NCBI GenBank assembly: GCA_008632985.1 | Contig: QPGO01000025.1 | Location: 62,001-126,000, forward strand | Reading direction: 5' to 3' | DNA: 64,000 nt | Origin: Psammoneis japonica | Lineage: Eukaryota | Part shown: piece by piece, positions 26,601-36,957 of the stretch | Position numbering within the stretch: the first letter of the stretch is position 1 | Layout: the number at the start of each line of letters is the position of its first letter | The notes under the pieces: model-generated | What the model was told of the DNA's origin: nothing | Databases searched by the model: none | Seen by the model: the letters and a program-made list of their open reading frames with translations, nothing else | Program-made: the position numbers and the translations under genes

Positions 26601-27183
26601 CAAAGTTTCTGCCATGTGCCACGACTCCTGCAGTGAGGGCAGGGTCTGTGTGTGTGTGCACAAGAGCGTTGAGCACCTGTGCCCTGCCTCTCTTTTGGAG
26701 GTGAGGAAAGAATGTGTGTGACACGGGCAAGTGTGGAAGGGAGAGAGCGGCAAGCAGGCGTGGCATGAGAAATGAGTGGTCCTTTTTTTCTGTAACATGT
26801 CAAATGAGCGGCCCGCTTTCTCTGTCACATGTTGTTTCCCTGTGATGTGAAGCGTGAAAAGGAGTTTCTACCGCATGCTTGATTTCTGCTCGTGACAATC
26901 CCCATAAGTCTCCACCAACAAAGGCAACACTGCGGCAACAGGACAACAACATCAGCCCGCATCGCTATCGCGCCGCACGCGCATCGCTGTTCTTCTCGTC
27001 GCTGTGCGCTGTGCTCTGTCTGTGCTGCTGTTCTTGTTCTGGTTCGATGTTGTACAGTGTATGTTGTTTACTTTTCTGCTGTTTATCGCTATTGTGGCTT
27101 GTTCGTATTCATCCCAACTCCCATCGTACCTTGCGTTGCTGTCTTACGTGCTGCCATCCACCATACAGAGTGCTGGTCTAACA

Positions 27184-27954
27184 ATGTCCCCGTCTTTGCC
27201 GCTACAGTCGAGAAACACGTCCGAGAACAACGGGGAGTCAGAAAGGAAGCCTCCAGCTTTCCCATCAAAGAAAGAGGTTGAAGATTGCATCAAAGTGTTG
27301 TCGTACGTCGAGTACAGGCTCTCTCACGGTAAAAATCGGGACACAATTCATTCAAACCTCGAGGAGGTTCTGTTGAAGGTTGCCAGTATTCAACATCATG
27401 CAAAAGAACTTGTACGGCCTCCGGAGGTGATCGCAGAAGAGGCTGAAAAAGAAAAGGCGTCAGCCACGAAACGAAAGGCTCAAATGGAAGTTGTCAATCG
27501 TCTGGAAAAGAAGCGGGCTCAAATGGTTTCAGAATGCCGAAAATTACTTCCCAGAGGATACACCGAAAAAGTGAGGCGCGAGGTGCTTCAAGAAATGGGA
27601 TTGCCGTTGGACACGCTAGCCATGAGTGACGTAAATTATAACCCCGCAAAGAGGAGCGCAAAGCTCAAGGCACAGACGCAAGCTCGTAGAGAAGAGAAAT
27701 TGCGCAAGGCTGGCCCTGTTGTAATGGCGATCGCTGAGGCTAGAAGACGATGCCAGGAGCTTAAGAAAAACGGGAGGATTCCGAATGGCTCGACCGAGAG
27801 AATCAAATTGCAGGTTCTGGAAGAGTTTGGTTTACCTCCCGATACGCCCTTTCCTACAAATTACCAGATAAAGACAAGGGGTGCTCATGTGAAGGTCACA
27901 AAAGCCCTGTCCTTGGACTCTCATGAGACGTCAAATAATAATGGTGTGGACTAA
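27184..27954 (+). CDS. Orphan basic protein family, copy 2 (C-terminus shortened by GAA->TAA)
   Basis: Near-identical to copy 1. Nucleotide homology continues to ~28200 (versus ~20450). Confidence 0.72.
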   Translation: MSPSLPLQSRNTSENNGESERKPPAFPSKKEVEDCIKVLSYVEYRLSHGKNRDTIHSNLEEVLLKVASIQHHAKELVRPPEVIAEEAEKEKASATKRKAQMEVVNRLEKKRAQMVSECRKLLPRGYTEKVRREVLQEMGLPLDTLAMSDVNYNPAKRSAKLKAQTQARREEKLRKAGPVVMAIAEARRRCQELKKNGRIPNGSTERIKLQVLEEFGLPPDTPFPTNYQIKTRGAHVKVTKALSLDSHETSNNNGVD

Positions 27955-28479
27955 GGGAGTCGCGCGCACCTCGAACTCAACGGGTAATAATGCAGGGAGC
28001 AATGCGGGCACTCAAAGTAAGGGTACAGTGGATGAGGCACTTGGAAGAATCTCATACTTTTTACGGCAGCTTATTCAAGAATGTGCAGATGGTGGAAAAT
28101 TACCTCACGTTCACAAGGTACTCTTCTCAGACTGCGACGTACAGCATCTTGTTGCATTAACACGGGTTTAGTAGCGTCTTCGTCCTTTCAGTGAAAGAGA
28201 CCGGATACGTATTATGATACCTTAAACACCAATCGGACAACTGCACCATGGGTTCACGGTGCAGAAGTTTTTATTTTAACTCTACAATGACCGAATGACG
28301 CGCACCTCAGCTCAATCTGATACAGTCTGTAGCTAAGCTGTAGAACAAACGAATTCTCTAAGTTTGAAACATGAATTTTCACTCCTCGATCACAGTCAAC
28401 GGCTGTTTTTCGGTGCGTCAGTGCCTCTCAAAAGTCGTGCGTTTTCCCGCAATTTTCTTGCAAAAATGGCCAGTGCCCC

Positions 28480-29213
28480 CCCAGCGTCAGGGGACAAAAG
28501 GAACGGATCTCTGACCCCCTCTGTCTCCTCTTCAGGTACAACATCAAGAGGCAAATGTGGCAATCATGTTGGTGGGTGGTGGTGGAGTGCCTGACTCACC
28601 AGAAAATTTGAGCGGCAAAGAGTGAGAGTCTGACAACCCAAGCCAGTTCCCAAACCTGGCAATTGTGTCAGTGTCACTTGCAACCACTGGAAGTGTGACA
28701 AGATTGTCAACTGGCAGGGAATGTTCCCCTTTTTTTGGAGTGTCCCATCATTTGCTGCTTTTGGGAGACCAAAACACCTGGGTTGCATTGGAGCCAGCAG
28801 TTTGTGGCACTTGATTCTCGTTGAAGGGGACAGGCACACTTCTTCCCTGGCATTTGCAACACACCAGGCAATTCAAGAAGCAAATGGAAGCCTGAGGTGT
28901 CAAGAAGAAGCCACTTCCATGGAAGAGTTAGAACATGCCACACCAGTCAATTTTTCTCATCTGTCGTGTCAAGGGAGATGCAAGGACTGCATCAGAGCAA
29001 ACATGGTTTGCAAGGTGCAGAGGTGTGTGAGAATGTTGCACATGGCACAACACATGTGTGCACTGAGCCACCACACCAGACAATCATCAGCTCATTGTGA
29101 CTGTCTGAGAACCACAGCAAGGTGCCACAAGCTTGCAACCAACTTCTCAACTCCTCAGCAACAAGCATCTGCCCTGAGTGCTGGTGCGTCTGTGGCACCA
29201 CAAACGCACCAGC
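28480..29213. mobile_element. Unclassified TpA/CpG-depleted relic ending in a 34-nt palindrome
   Basis: Composition as in the other islands; hairpin at 29180-29213. Confidence 0.45.
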
Positions 29214-29411
29214 GGACAGAAGTTCTTTGAGATTGCAAAATTCCAAGTTTGTTCTGGGTTGTTCTCGGAAGATGCCATCGCGACATAGGATCGGCGAGTA
29301 GTCTTCATTCACCATGGCTCGGCAAACCCTTGCTGAACTCCGCAAAGTATGGTAGATGCATCACAGAATCATTTTCTCTCGCAGAAGCAAAGGCTACTAT
29401 AGCAATGAGGA

Positions 29412-31192
29412 ATGAAATACAAGATAAGGAAAGGGAGTCCTTGGATTGATCCCGACACACCCGAAGCACTTCGCAGCGTCGTGAGCTTCCCGGAACTACC
29501 GTTTGACAACGATGTGAAACGAAAATTCCATTTGGTATTTTCCGACGAGTTTAACGTGGAGGGAAGGACTATGCACGATGGTGAGGATCCTCGTTGGACG
29601 GCCTTGCATTCGGATGATTTGACGAACAATCCGTTGCACTGGTACAGTCATGACGCGGTAAAGACCGAAAACGGAGTTTTGAACATAACATTGGACGTTC
29701 ATCCGGAGACATTTACCTACATGGATCGCGTCTTCCAGCAAGTCAAACAGAAACCCACGCAAAAGGAAGTTAATGTCACAAAGGAGTTTCGTAGTGGTAT
29801 GGTGCAGAGCTGGAACAAGTTCTGCTTTGTCGGGGGTATTATTGAAATATCAGCAAAACTTCCCGGCGATCCGAAGACCGGAGGCTTGTGGCCAGCAAGT
29901 AAGTCATCCTTTGGAAATATTAAGTGTGTGTAGCATTGACGCTGATCTCCTCTCGCTCTACAAAACTTATCTCTTACTTTACAGTGTGGATGATGGGAAA
30001 TTTGGCCCGCGCCACTTACCTCGACACCACCGATCACATGTGGCCCTTCTCTAACAACGTCTGCAGCGAGTATACGAGATATGCGCAAGAAATTAGTGCT
30101 TGCAACGATAAACCCGGCTACGGCATGCAGCCCAATCGTGGTCGAGGAGCTCCGGAGATCGACTTCTTTGAAGTCATGTATATGGATTTGCTACCCGATC
30201 CGCTACTGAGTGCATCGTTACAGGTTGCGCCTGGCAAGCCAACCAATCGTCCTTTCTTGGGAATGAAACCCAACGTTACATGGTATCACCCATTCTTGGG
30301 TAACGGCGGTAGTTTGAACGAGTATTTCTTTGGCACACGCACATACGATCCCAACAAGACCCTGGAGTACCAGACGGACACTGTTTCTGTGAACTTTTGG
30401 CTCAACGAATCCTTTTACACCGATTTTCACAAATTCCGCATTGAGTGGGAACCTCCGGTGGAAAATATCAGGAAAGTCCCTCTGCAATTAGTCGAGCTGG
30501 TTATATCAAATGGTTCATCGATGGAAATTTGATTGCCGGCATGTCGGGGGATGACTTACAAGAGATTTCACAGACCGAAATTCCGTCGGAGCCCATGTAC
30601 ATTTTGTTAATCAGGCTGTGTCCAAGGACTGGGGCTTCCCTGATGCTTGGTTCCTCAACTGCAAAAAGAAATGTTGGAGTTGTTTGGACCCCGCTTGTGA
30701 GTGTGCTCTACCAAATGGATTTTGCAGCAAGAACATTCCCGCCTCATTTGAGATTGACTACGTGCGAGTGTATCAGATTTGAAAGATCCCGGCCACATTT
30801 TAGGCTGTTCACCACCCTCTCGACCAACGGCGGAATGGATCGAGGGACACGAGGAGCGATACATATTGTGGCACAGCCCCCCAGGAACCAAACCACTGCT
30901 GCCTGTTCCAAGTGGTGGAATGGCTTGTTCGAGCGACGAGACCTGTGGTGCACTGATTGGCAGTGGATTTTGTGATACAACGAATATGGCTTGTCACTGT
31001 TTTGAAGGTTGGACTGGGCCCAACTGCCTTTCGGCATACACTGGAAACGCAAGTGTCATCTCCAACGCACACCGGTTCCTTGTTCGCGGTGCGATCGCTG
31101 TGGTAGCAGTTTCAGCGCTTCTTGTGTGGCGCACTTGCTGGCGCAAGAAAAAGCAAGGATACGAGACGCTCCCAGATTCCGCGCTAAATTAA
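29412..31192 (+). CDS. GH16 KRE6/SKN1-like beta-glucan transglycosylase with EGF-like domain and TM anchor (intron 29899-29984; ~3 frameshifts; 5' end unclear)
   Basis: WIDPDTP, LVFSDEFN, SGMVQSWNKFCFVGG, GLWPAMWMMGNLARATY, RGRGAPEIDFFE, IPSEPMYIL, EIDYVRVYQ and C.C..GWTGPNC, followed by a TM segment. Confidence 0.85.
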
Positions 31193-31459
31193 CCAGAACA
31201 CGGAGATCTTCTGTCGCACATCTTGTGCTCGTTTTCGTTTCCGACTGGATTCTCGTGCGATATTTCACGCACACTGGAGAAAGGGTTGAACCGTATCACG
31301 GGCTTCTGGGATCAACAAGGTTGGCTGTTAGTTCGCACTGCCACTTGGACGACTGAAAGTCGTCAACAGAAGTCCACTTTGCCGTGAATCGCCTTGAACC
31401 TGTTGCGCTTGCCATTGCCAGGATTGGTTTTCTTTGTCACTGTTCTTGGGCCCTAATGC

Positions 31460-31660
31460 ACTAGTACGTAGAGAGATGGAGCTATGGTACATAATGTAGA
31501 ATAGTGCTCTACTACTCTAGAGAAGCAGGCCTACTAGCTCTAGAGGACTCTACTAGAGCTAGTCTCTAGCTAGAGAGTAGCTAGAGTAGCTATCATACTC
31601 TACTATTTTCTACTGCACTACTCTACTGTACCGCACTGCCTACTCTCTACTCTCCACCGG
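31460..31660. repeat. CTA/TAG-rich low-complexity tract
   Basis: About 20 TpA in 31501-31620 by hand count. Confidence 0.8.
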
Positions 31661-31733
31661 TACAGCACTCAATTTGACATTCAATGTTGAAATCTTCATG
31701 CACGCCCCGATGCAAGACGCGGTTAGATTAGCA

Positions 31734-33626
31734 AGTGAAGTGTGAAAGAATGCCGGCATGTTCTTCCACGACTGTGAAAGCAAGACTCACCGATGGCCAC
31801 CTTCAGAAATGGGACATCTTGCTCCACTGTTGAAAAGGGTTGGTTCCTCATTGCACTGATGTGCCGGGCTTTGCAGATTTCACTTCGACCATTGAATCAC
31901 CCAGCCAAGCAGGACATGGAGGACAATTGCTTCACTGTCATTTGCCTGTGTTGCAACCAGTGCAAAAAACAAGAACTGCATTGTTTTGCTCCAATGAAAG
32001 GATCTGATGATCCATTTGCCAAATTGGTTGGTGCTGTTTTGTTCAAAACAAAGATGCTGGATTTTTTGCCACATGTTTGTCAAGAGAATGTCAGCAGTTG
32101 CTGTGGTTGCAAGTTGCCTGCAGCTCCAAAGATGCAGTTGTGATGAGGCAACTGCCAAAGAGTTGCAAGGTGTGGACAGAAGCAGGTGCTTCAAGACTGT
32201 TGTGTGAATCGCATTGGTTTGTGGCACAAAAATGCTCAAGAGCTGCACTGTTGCAAAGTGCAAAGATGTGGGGGAAAAGAAGTTGAAGTGAGCTCTGTGG
32301 CAGATGACAACAAAACTGGAGAGACAGAGCCTCATCACTTTCAAGCTTGGGCAGCATGCTTGACAAATGCAGAAAGTGTTGCTCATGAGAGTGGGCTGCT
32401 GCATGTTTCAAACACAGGGGCACCCCGAGGACAAATGGCGCCTGCCAATTGAACTCTTGCAAGGCACAAAAGACTTGTGTGTTTTCTTCTCTCTTGCAAG
32501 TTGCTTGCATTGTCTTGACAGTGCGGCAACGCAAATCTGCATTGCACACAACATCCAGGTGTCTGCAGATTGTACAGCTGCTGGCAATCATCAGTTTGCA
32601 ACACTGATTTCCTCCCATTGATGACAGCCCATGCAGCTTCACCATCCACATGGGAAAAAGTTGATTTGCAACAAGCCCAGCAGCTGCATGGCCAATGATT
32701 TGATGGGCACAAAGTTGCTGCTTTGTTGTTTGTCAAACATTCATTGTGTGGCTGTTTGCAACAGCTGGACATTTGACTCCACAATTGTTCTCACATGCTC
32801 CCAGAAAGAAATTTGGTGTGTTGGAGCTGGGCTTCAAGTGGCACACCTGATGAAATGCTTTTCACGATGTGGATGACTTGTCACACTCACAAGCCCAAAT
32901 CAATTGCAAAGCAGGCAAAATGTAAAAAGTCACAGCACACATTGGGCTGTTTTTCTTTTTTGACAGCACCAAGCCTGCATTTCTGCACCCTCAGCTGACA
33001 CAGATGCCAGCACCAAAATGTTCCCAGCGAGGACTGTTGCAAGAAGCCCACGATCATGTTGGCACAAACATCACAGCTGAGCATGCTGCATTGACTGTCT
33101 TGCTCATTTTTGACATTGTGCTGGAATCAGGGGCTGAAACACAGTGTTGCTCATCCTTGTTTTTCCACCTGGTGTCTTTGCATGTGTTCAAAACATGCAT
33201 GCTCATGTCTGGCAGAGAGGTGGTTGAGACACTCCTTTTTAACTGAAATGATGTTGACTTGCACTTGCCTTGCACAGGGTGCAAACCAAAATGTCAGATG
33301 CCCTCATGTTGTGCAACGTAAAATGTGTGTCACACACTGGGCATTTCACTTGCTTGCTGTGACACATGCTGGTCCATCCCTTGTGTGTTTCAACCCACAC
33401 TGTTTCATGGATGGATGGCCTGCCTTATTTTGGGGAACGATCATTGTGCGATTTTTTTAGCTTCAGGTTTTTTCAAGCAAGACTCTCTCTAAAAGACTAA
33501 AAGAGGCACTGTGTGTGTGCTGTTGTGACTCATTTGCACCCAAGAGTCATCACAAGCCTGCCGGCACTGCAAAGTCAAAAGCAGTGGACGGCAAAACCGT
33601 TCATGCGGCCTTCACACTTCACACTT
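31734..33626. mobile_element. Putative TIR-bounded ~1.9-kb degenerate DNA element
   Basis: GTGAAGTGTGAA at 31735 and its inverse TTCACACTTCAC at 33611, with adjacent partial GCC.GCATG matches. Interior is TpA/CpG-depleted. Confidence 0.5.
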
Positions 33627-34439
33627 CGTAACAGAGCCAAGGTGCTGCTGCGCCCAACATGAAGATGATTGCTCATGATCAAATCTCGCACCGACTCCTC
33701 ATTTGGGGTGTGGCAGCTGCTGCCATTTTTCCTTGGCTCCCATTCAACAGCAAATGGAGCATTGGCGGAAGGCTGTCAAACAATTTTCGCAAGCTTCTTC
33801 TCTCAATTGCAGTCATTGATTCACGCCGTTTGTTGGTCCATGGAGACGAGGTGCATTCTCATGCTTCAGACCTCTTCTCCAACACCCTTGGTGTTGTTGA
33901 GGTCATTGGACTGACCTTTCTTTGCTTTCTTGCTCCCCATGTCATGCAGACTAATTTGTCTGTGTTCACCCACCTCTGCCCTGGCGCCAGTTTTTACATG
34001 CCGCTCGTGGAGCTGGAGTCTTGAGCTTCTTGGGGGTGGTCCTTTCTCGCACAGTCAATCCCAGATTTTGGTGTCAAAAGAAACTGGCGAATGGCATTGC
34101 AGCACCACCCGTCATCACCATGGTTTGCCAGTGCAACTGTGTCATGACAGCAAGATTGCATGGACATGGCTTTGTCACTGCCCAAACCATGCTCCTCATT
34201 GAGTGCTGGCATTTGGGCGTGCAAGTTTTCTGTGCCTTCTCCCATGCCTTTGATCATTTTGCAAATGATCAGACCTTTGTGGCATGGGATGTGCTTTTGC
34301 ATTCAGCTCGATCTTCTGCTTTCCTTTCTGACTGGGTTCGGGTGCTAGTTCATGCCATGTTTTTGAACAGCCTTGATGAGCTCAATCACGTTGGATCCTT
34401 TCAGCCAGCAGGGTCAACTGGCTGCAAAGTTTTCTGCAG

Positions 34440-34708
34440 CAATCAGATTGCAATCAGTCATTTGCATCGCTGTGGAGCAGCAATTAGTTGATTGCAATTG
34501 TGCAGCGATTGCGCGGTCTGATGAACAGACCGCAAAGAAATCGAGCCATTTTGCTTGTTTCAGCTGTGAAAAGAGCTCGAATTTCGATTGCAATCGATTG
34601 CAACAGTCAACTGTGATTGCGACCTCGGCTCTTTCCCAACAATCAGGTTGTTGCAATCGAGTTTGCAACAGCAATTGCAATCAAAATGAGGCTGATTGCA
34701 GTCGATCC
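34440..34708. mobile_element. MITE-like insert built of GATTGCAATC / CAATCGATTG palindromic repeats
   Basis: Imperfect terminal inverted repeats ATCAGATTGCAATCAG .. CTGATTGCAGTCGAT. Many internal copies. CAGCA flanks both sides. Confidence 0.5.
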
Positions 34709-35388
34709 CAGCAATTGGTCAACACTGCTTTCAGCAGGGTGAACCCAGTGAAAGCGCTCTCCTGGACCTCCTGCCGGCAGTTGGACAGAACTTGTTCCTC
34801 TTGCTTCCAGTTCATTGTGACCTCTGTCCAAGTAAAAAAAGGCTGGAGCAAGCTCTGCACCAGGCAGACATGCACTGCCTTGGCACTTTTTGCACTGATT
34901 GGCAGCTCCTCTTTGAACTGTCATGAGCGCAGCTTGCTTTCTGCCAAAAATCCGTTTTGTGTGCAGCAACAACCAAACATGCGGCTTCACTTCAATCTTG
35001 AAACGTGATCAAACTTCTGCACAACACTGCAGCATGCAGAGCACGCAACTCTGCCGTAGAAGCCAGAGAGAGTGGCAGGGGGAAACAATCGTTCCGACAA
35101 AGAGAAACCATTGTTTGACTTGCGAAAAGATGATAAAGAATGAAAATGCCGGTGCTTCACATAATGTGTTATGTTATCCGGGTGGAGGTGGTAGGGACGG
35201 ACGAAAGTACAAAAAATGCGTAGAAATCACCATACAGACAGACCGCCACTGCGATTCTCACGCAATGGCTGCTACGGTAAGTGGCGACACCCACTCCTCA
35301 TCGCAGTTCGCTGTCACTGCTCACTGCTGTACGGTATTCACATGTTGAACATTGCTCGCTCCCTTTCTTACAAGCAGCTATTCTTATC

Positions 35389-36219
35389 ATGCCCCCGTCC
35401 TTGCCACTGCAACAGAAAAACCCACAGGCTAACAACGAAGATTCTGGAAAGAAGCGTCCGGCTTTTCCGACGAGGCAAGAAATTTCCGCATGTCTAACGG
35501 TACTTTCTTATGTAGATTTCAGCCTTGTGCATACCAAAAACCAAGGTACATTGCCCCAATCACTTGAGGAAGTTCTGGTGAAAGTTGCCAGTATTCAACG
35601 GAATGCAAAGAAATTTGTACGGCCTGCGAAAACTGCGGAGGAGATTGCAAAAGAAAAAGAAGCCACGTTGAAACGAAAGGCTCAAGACGAGATTTACAAA
35701 CGTCTTAAAAACGAGCGTGCTCGAGTGCTTGCAGAAGAATGTCGCAGTAAACTTCCCAAAGGATACCCAGAAAAAGTAAAGCGAGAGATGCTGACAGAGT
35801 TTGGGATGCCGCTAGATACGCCGATGGAGGTCTTTCGAACTAACACAAGCACAGCAAAACCACGAACGAAAAAGCGAAAAATCCCTGTGCCTGTGCGCAC
35901 CACTGGCCCGGTTGAAATGGCGATCGCGGAGGCCATGAGACGATGCGACCAGCTGCGTAAAAACAGGGTGAAAAGGCTTCCAAAGGGCGCACCAAATGCT
36001 ATCAAAGTGGCTGTTTTGGAAGAGTTCGGCCTTCCTCTTGATACACGCTTTCCAAGCCACTACCCTTCGCGTACGCCCGCCCGCAGAGCGAGAACGACTC
36101 GTGTGAACGTAACCAAGGTCCTGGAATTGGAAGCTGACGAGGAATTAGCGGGAGACGAAGGGGATGTGACCTATACATCTGTTTCGATGGAAGATACAGG
36201 TCGCAACGAAAGGAATTAG
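35389..36219 (+). CDS. Orphan basic protein family, copy 3 (diverged, ~276 aa)
   Basis: MPPSLPLQ..PAFP...LSYV..LEEVL.KVASIQ..ECR..LP.GY.EKV.RE...GPV.MAIAEA.RRC..VLEEFGLP.DT.FP shared with copies 1 and 2. Confidence 0.78.
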   Translation: MPPSLPLQQKNPQANNEDSGKKRPAFPTRQEISACLTVLSYVDFSLVHTKNQGTLPQSLEEVLVKVASIQRNAKKFVRPAKTAEEIAKEKEATLKRKAQDEIYKRLKNERARVLAEECRSKLPKGYPEKVKREMLTEFGMPLDTPMEVFRTNTSTAKPRTKKRKIPVPVRTTGPVEMAIAEAMRRCDQLRKNRVKRLPKGAPNAIKVAVLEEFGLPLDTRFPSHYPSRTPARRARTTRVNVTKVLELEADEELAGDEGDVTYTSVSMEDTGRNERN

Positions 36220-36957
36220 ATCCGGGACACAGTCGAGAGAGGAGGCTTCATCTCCACTGTGACAAAATGCATGTTGTTTGAGTATGGTCCAGTCATTTAC
36301 TTGTTTGGCCACTACTCTCGTTTACATTATGGGTCTCTTGCGTTGTAGGACCAAGTTGAGTGGTTATGCACCAAAATCTTGTTCTGTTCTTTATTCTGGA
36401 TACCGGAACACCGACCAATGCTTTGGGGGGAAACTAGTAAGTACGAGAATAGCCGGAACCAGACTTTTGGAGCGACATGGTAACTGCTAGGCTAGCAGCA
36501 AATTTCTCCGCCCCATATACAATACAGTACCGTATATGATTGACGCGTAAACTTTAACTGCTAGCAGCAAATATCTCTGTCCCAGACACATACACGATTG
36601 ACGCGTAAACTGTCCCTTTTTCGCCACTTGCTTCGCTTCTCCATATTATGGTCCCTCCGAAATTCAGAGGCGGGACGGCACGAGGCGAAAAAGGTGGGTT
36701 ATTGCTCGTCTCATACCATGGCTGAAACATTGTCTCTGCTAGCGTTGCCCACTTACTAAACAACGAGAGCAAGAAAACCAATCCCAGCCAATAATTCTAT
36801 CGGTTAACTACTCAACGATCAATTTGGTCCTGTTGACCCTGACGTTGTGTAACCATGAAACAAATTCGAAGTCGACGTTACGATTCTGCAGATTGATGCT
36901 CCTCAATTCGAAGCCGAGGCGGAAAATGTAAATGATGCACAATAGAGCGCCAGGACT

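Noticed and set aside
12900..35050. Classical fungal RIP or simple CpG decay as a full explanation
   Set aside because: RIP enriches TpA and CpG decay leaves TpA untouched. Here TpA is lost, and near-identical gene duplicates are spared.
12900..35050. Alternative genetic code or foreign/viral DNA
   Set aside because: The islands consist of fragmented diatom-type TEs with frameshifts and nested insertions, and a less-mutated relative in the same window has normal composition.
12977..35348. Dozens of 60-270 aa Cys/His-rich ORFs in the islands as real genes
   Set aside because: Explained by loss of TAA/TAG. They overlap in all frames, and the recognisable ones are broken TE proteins.
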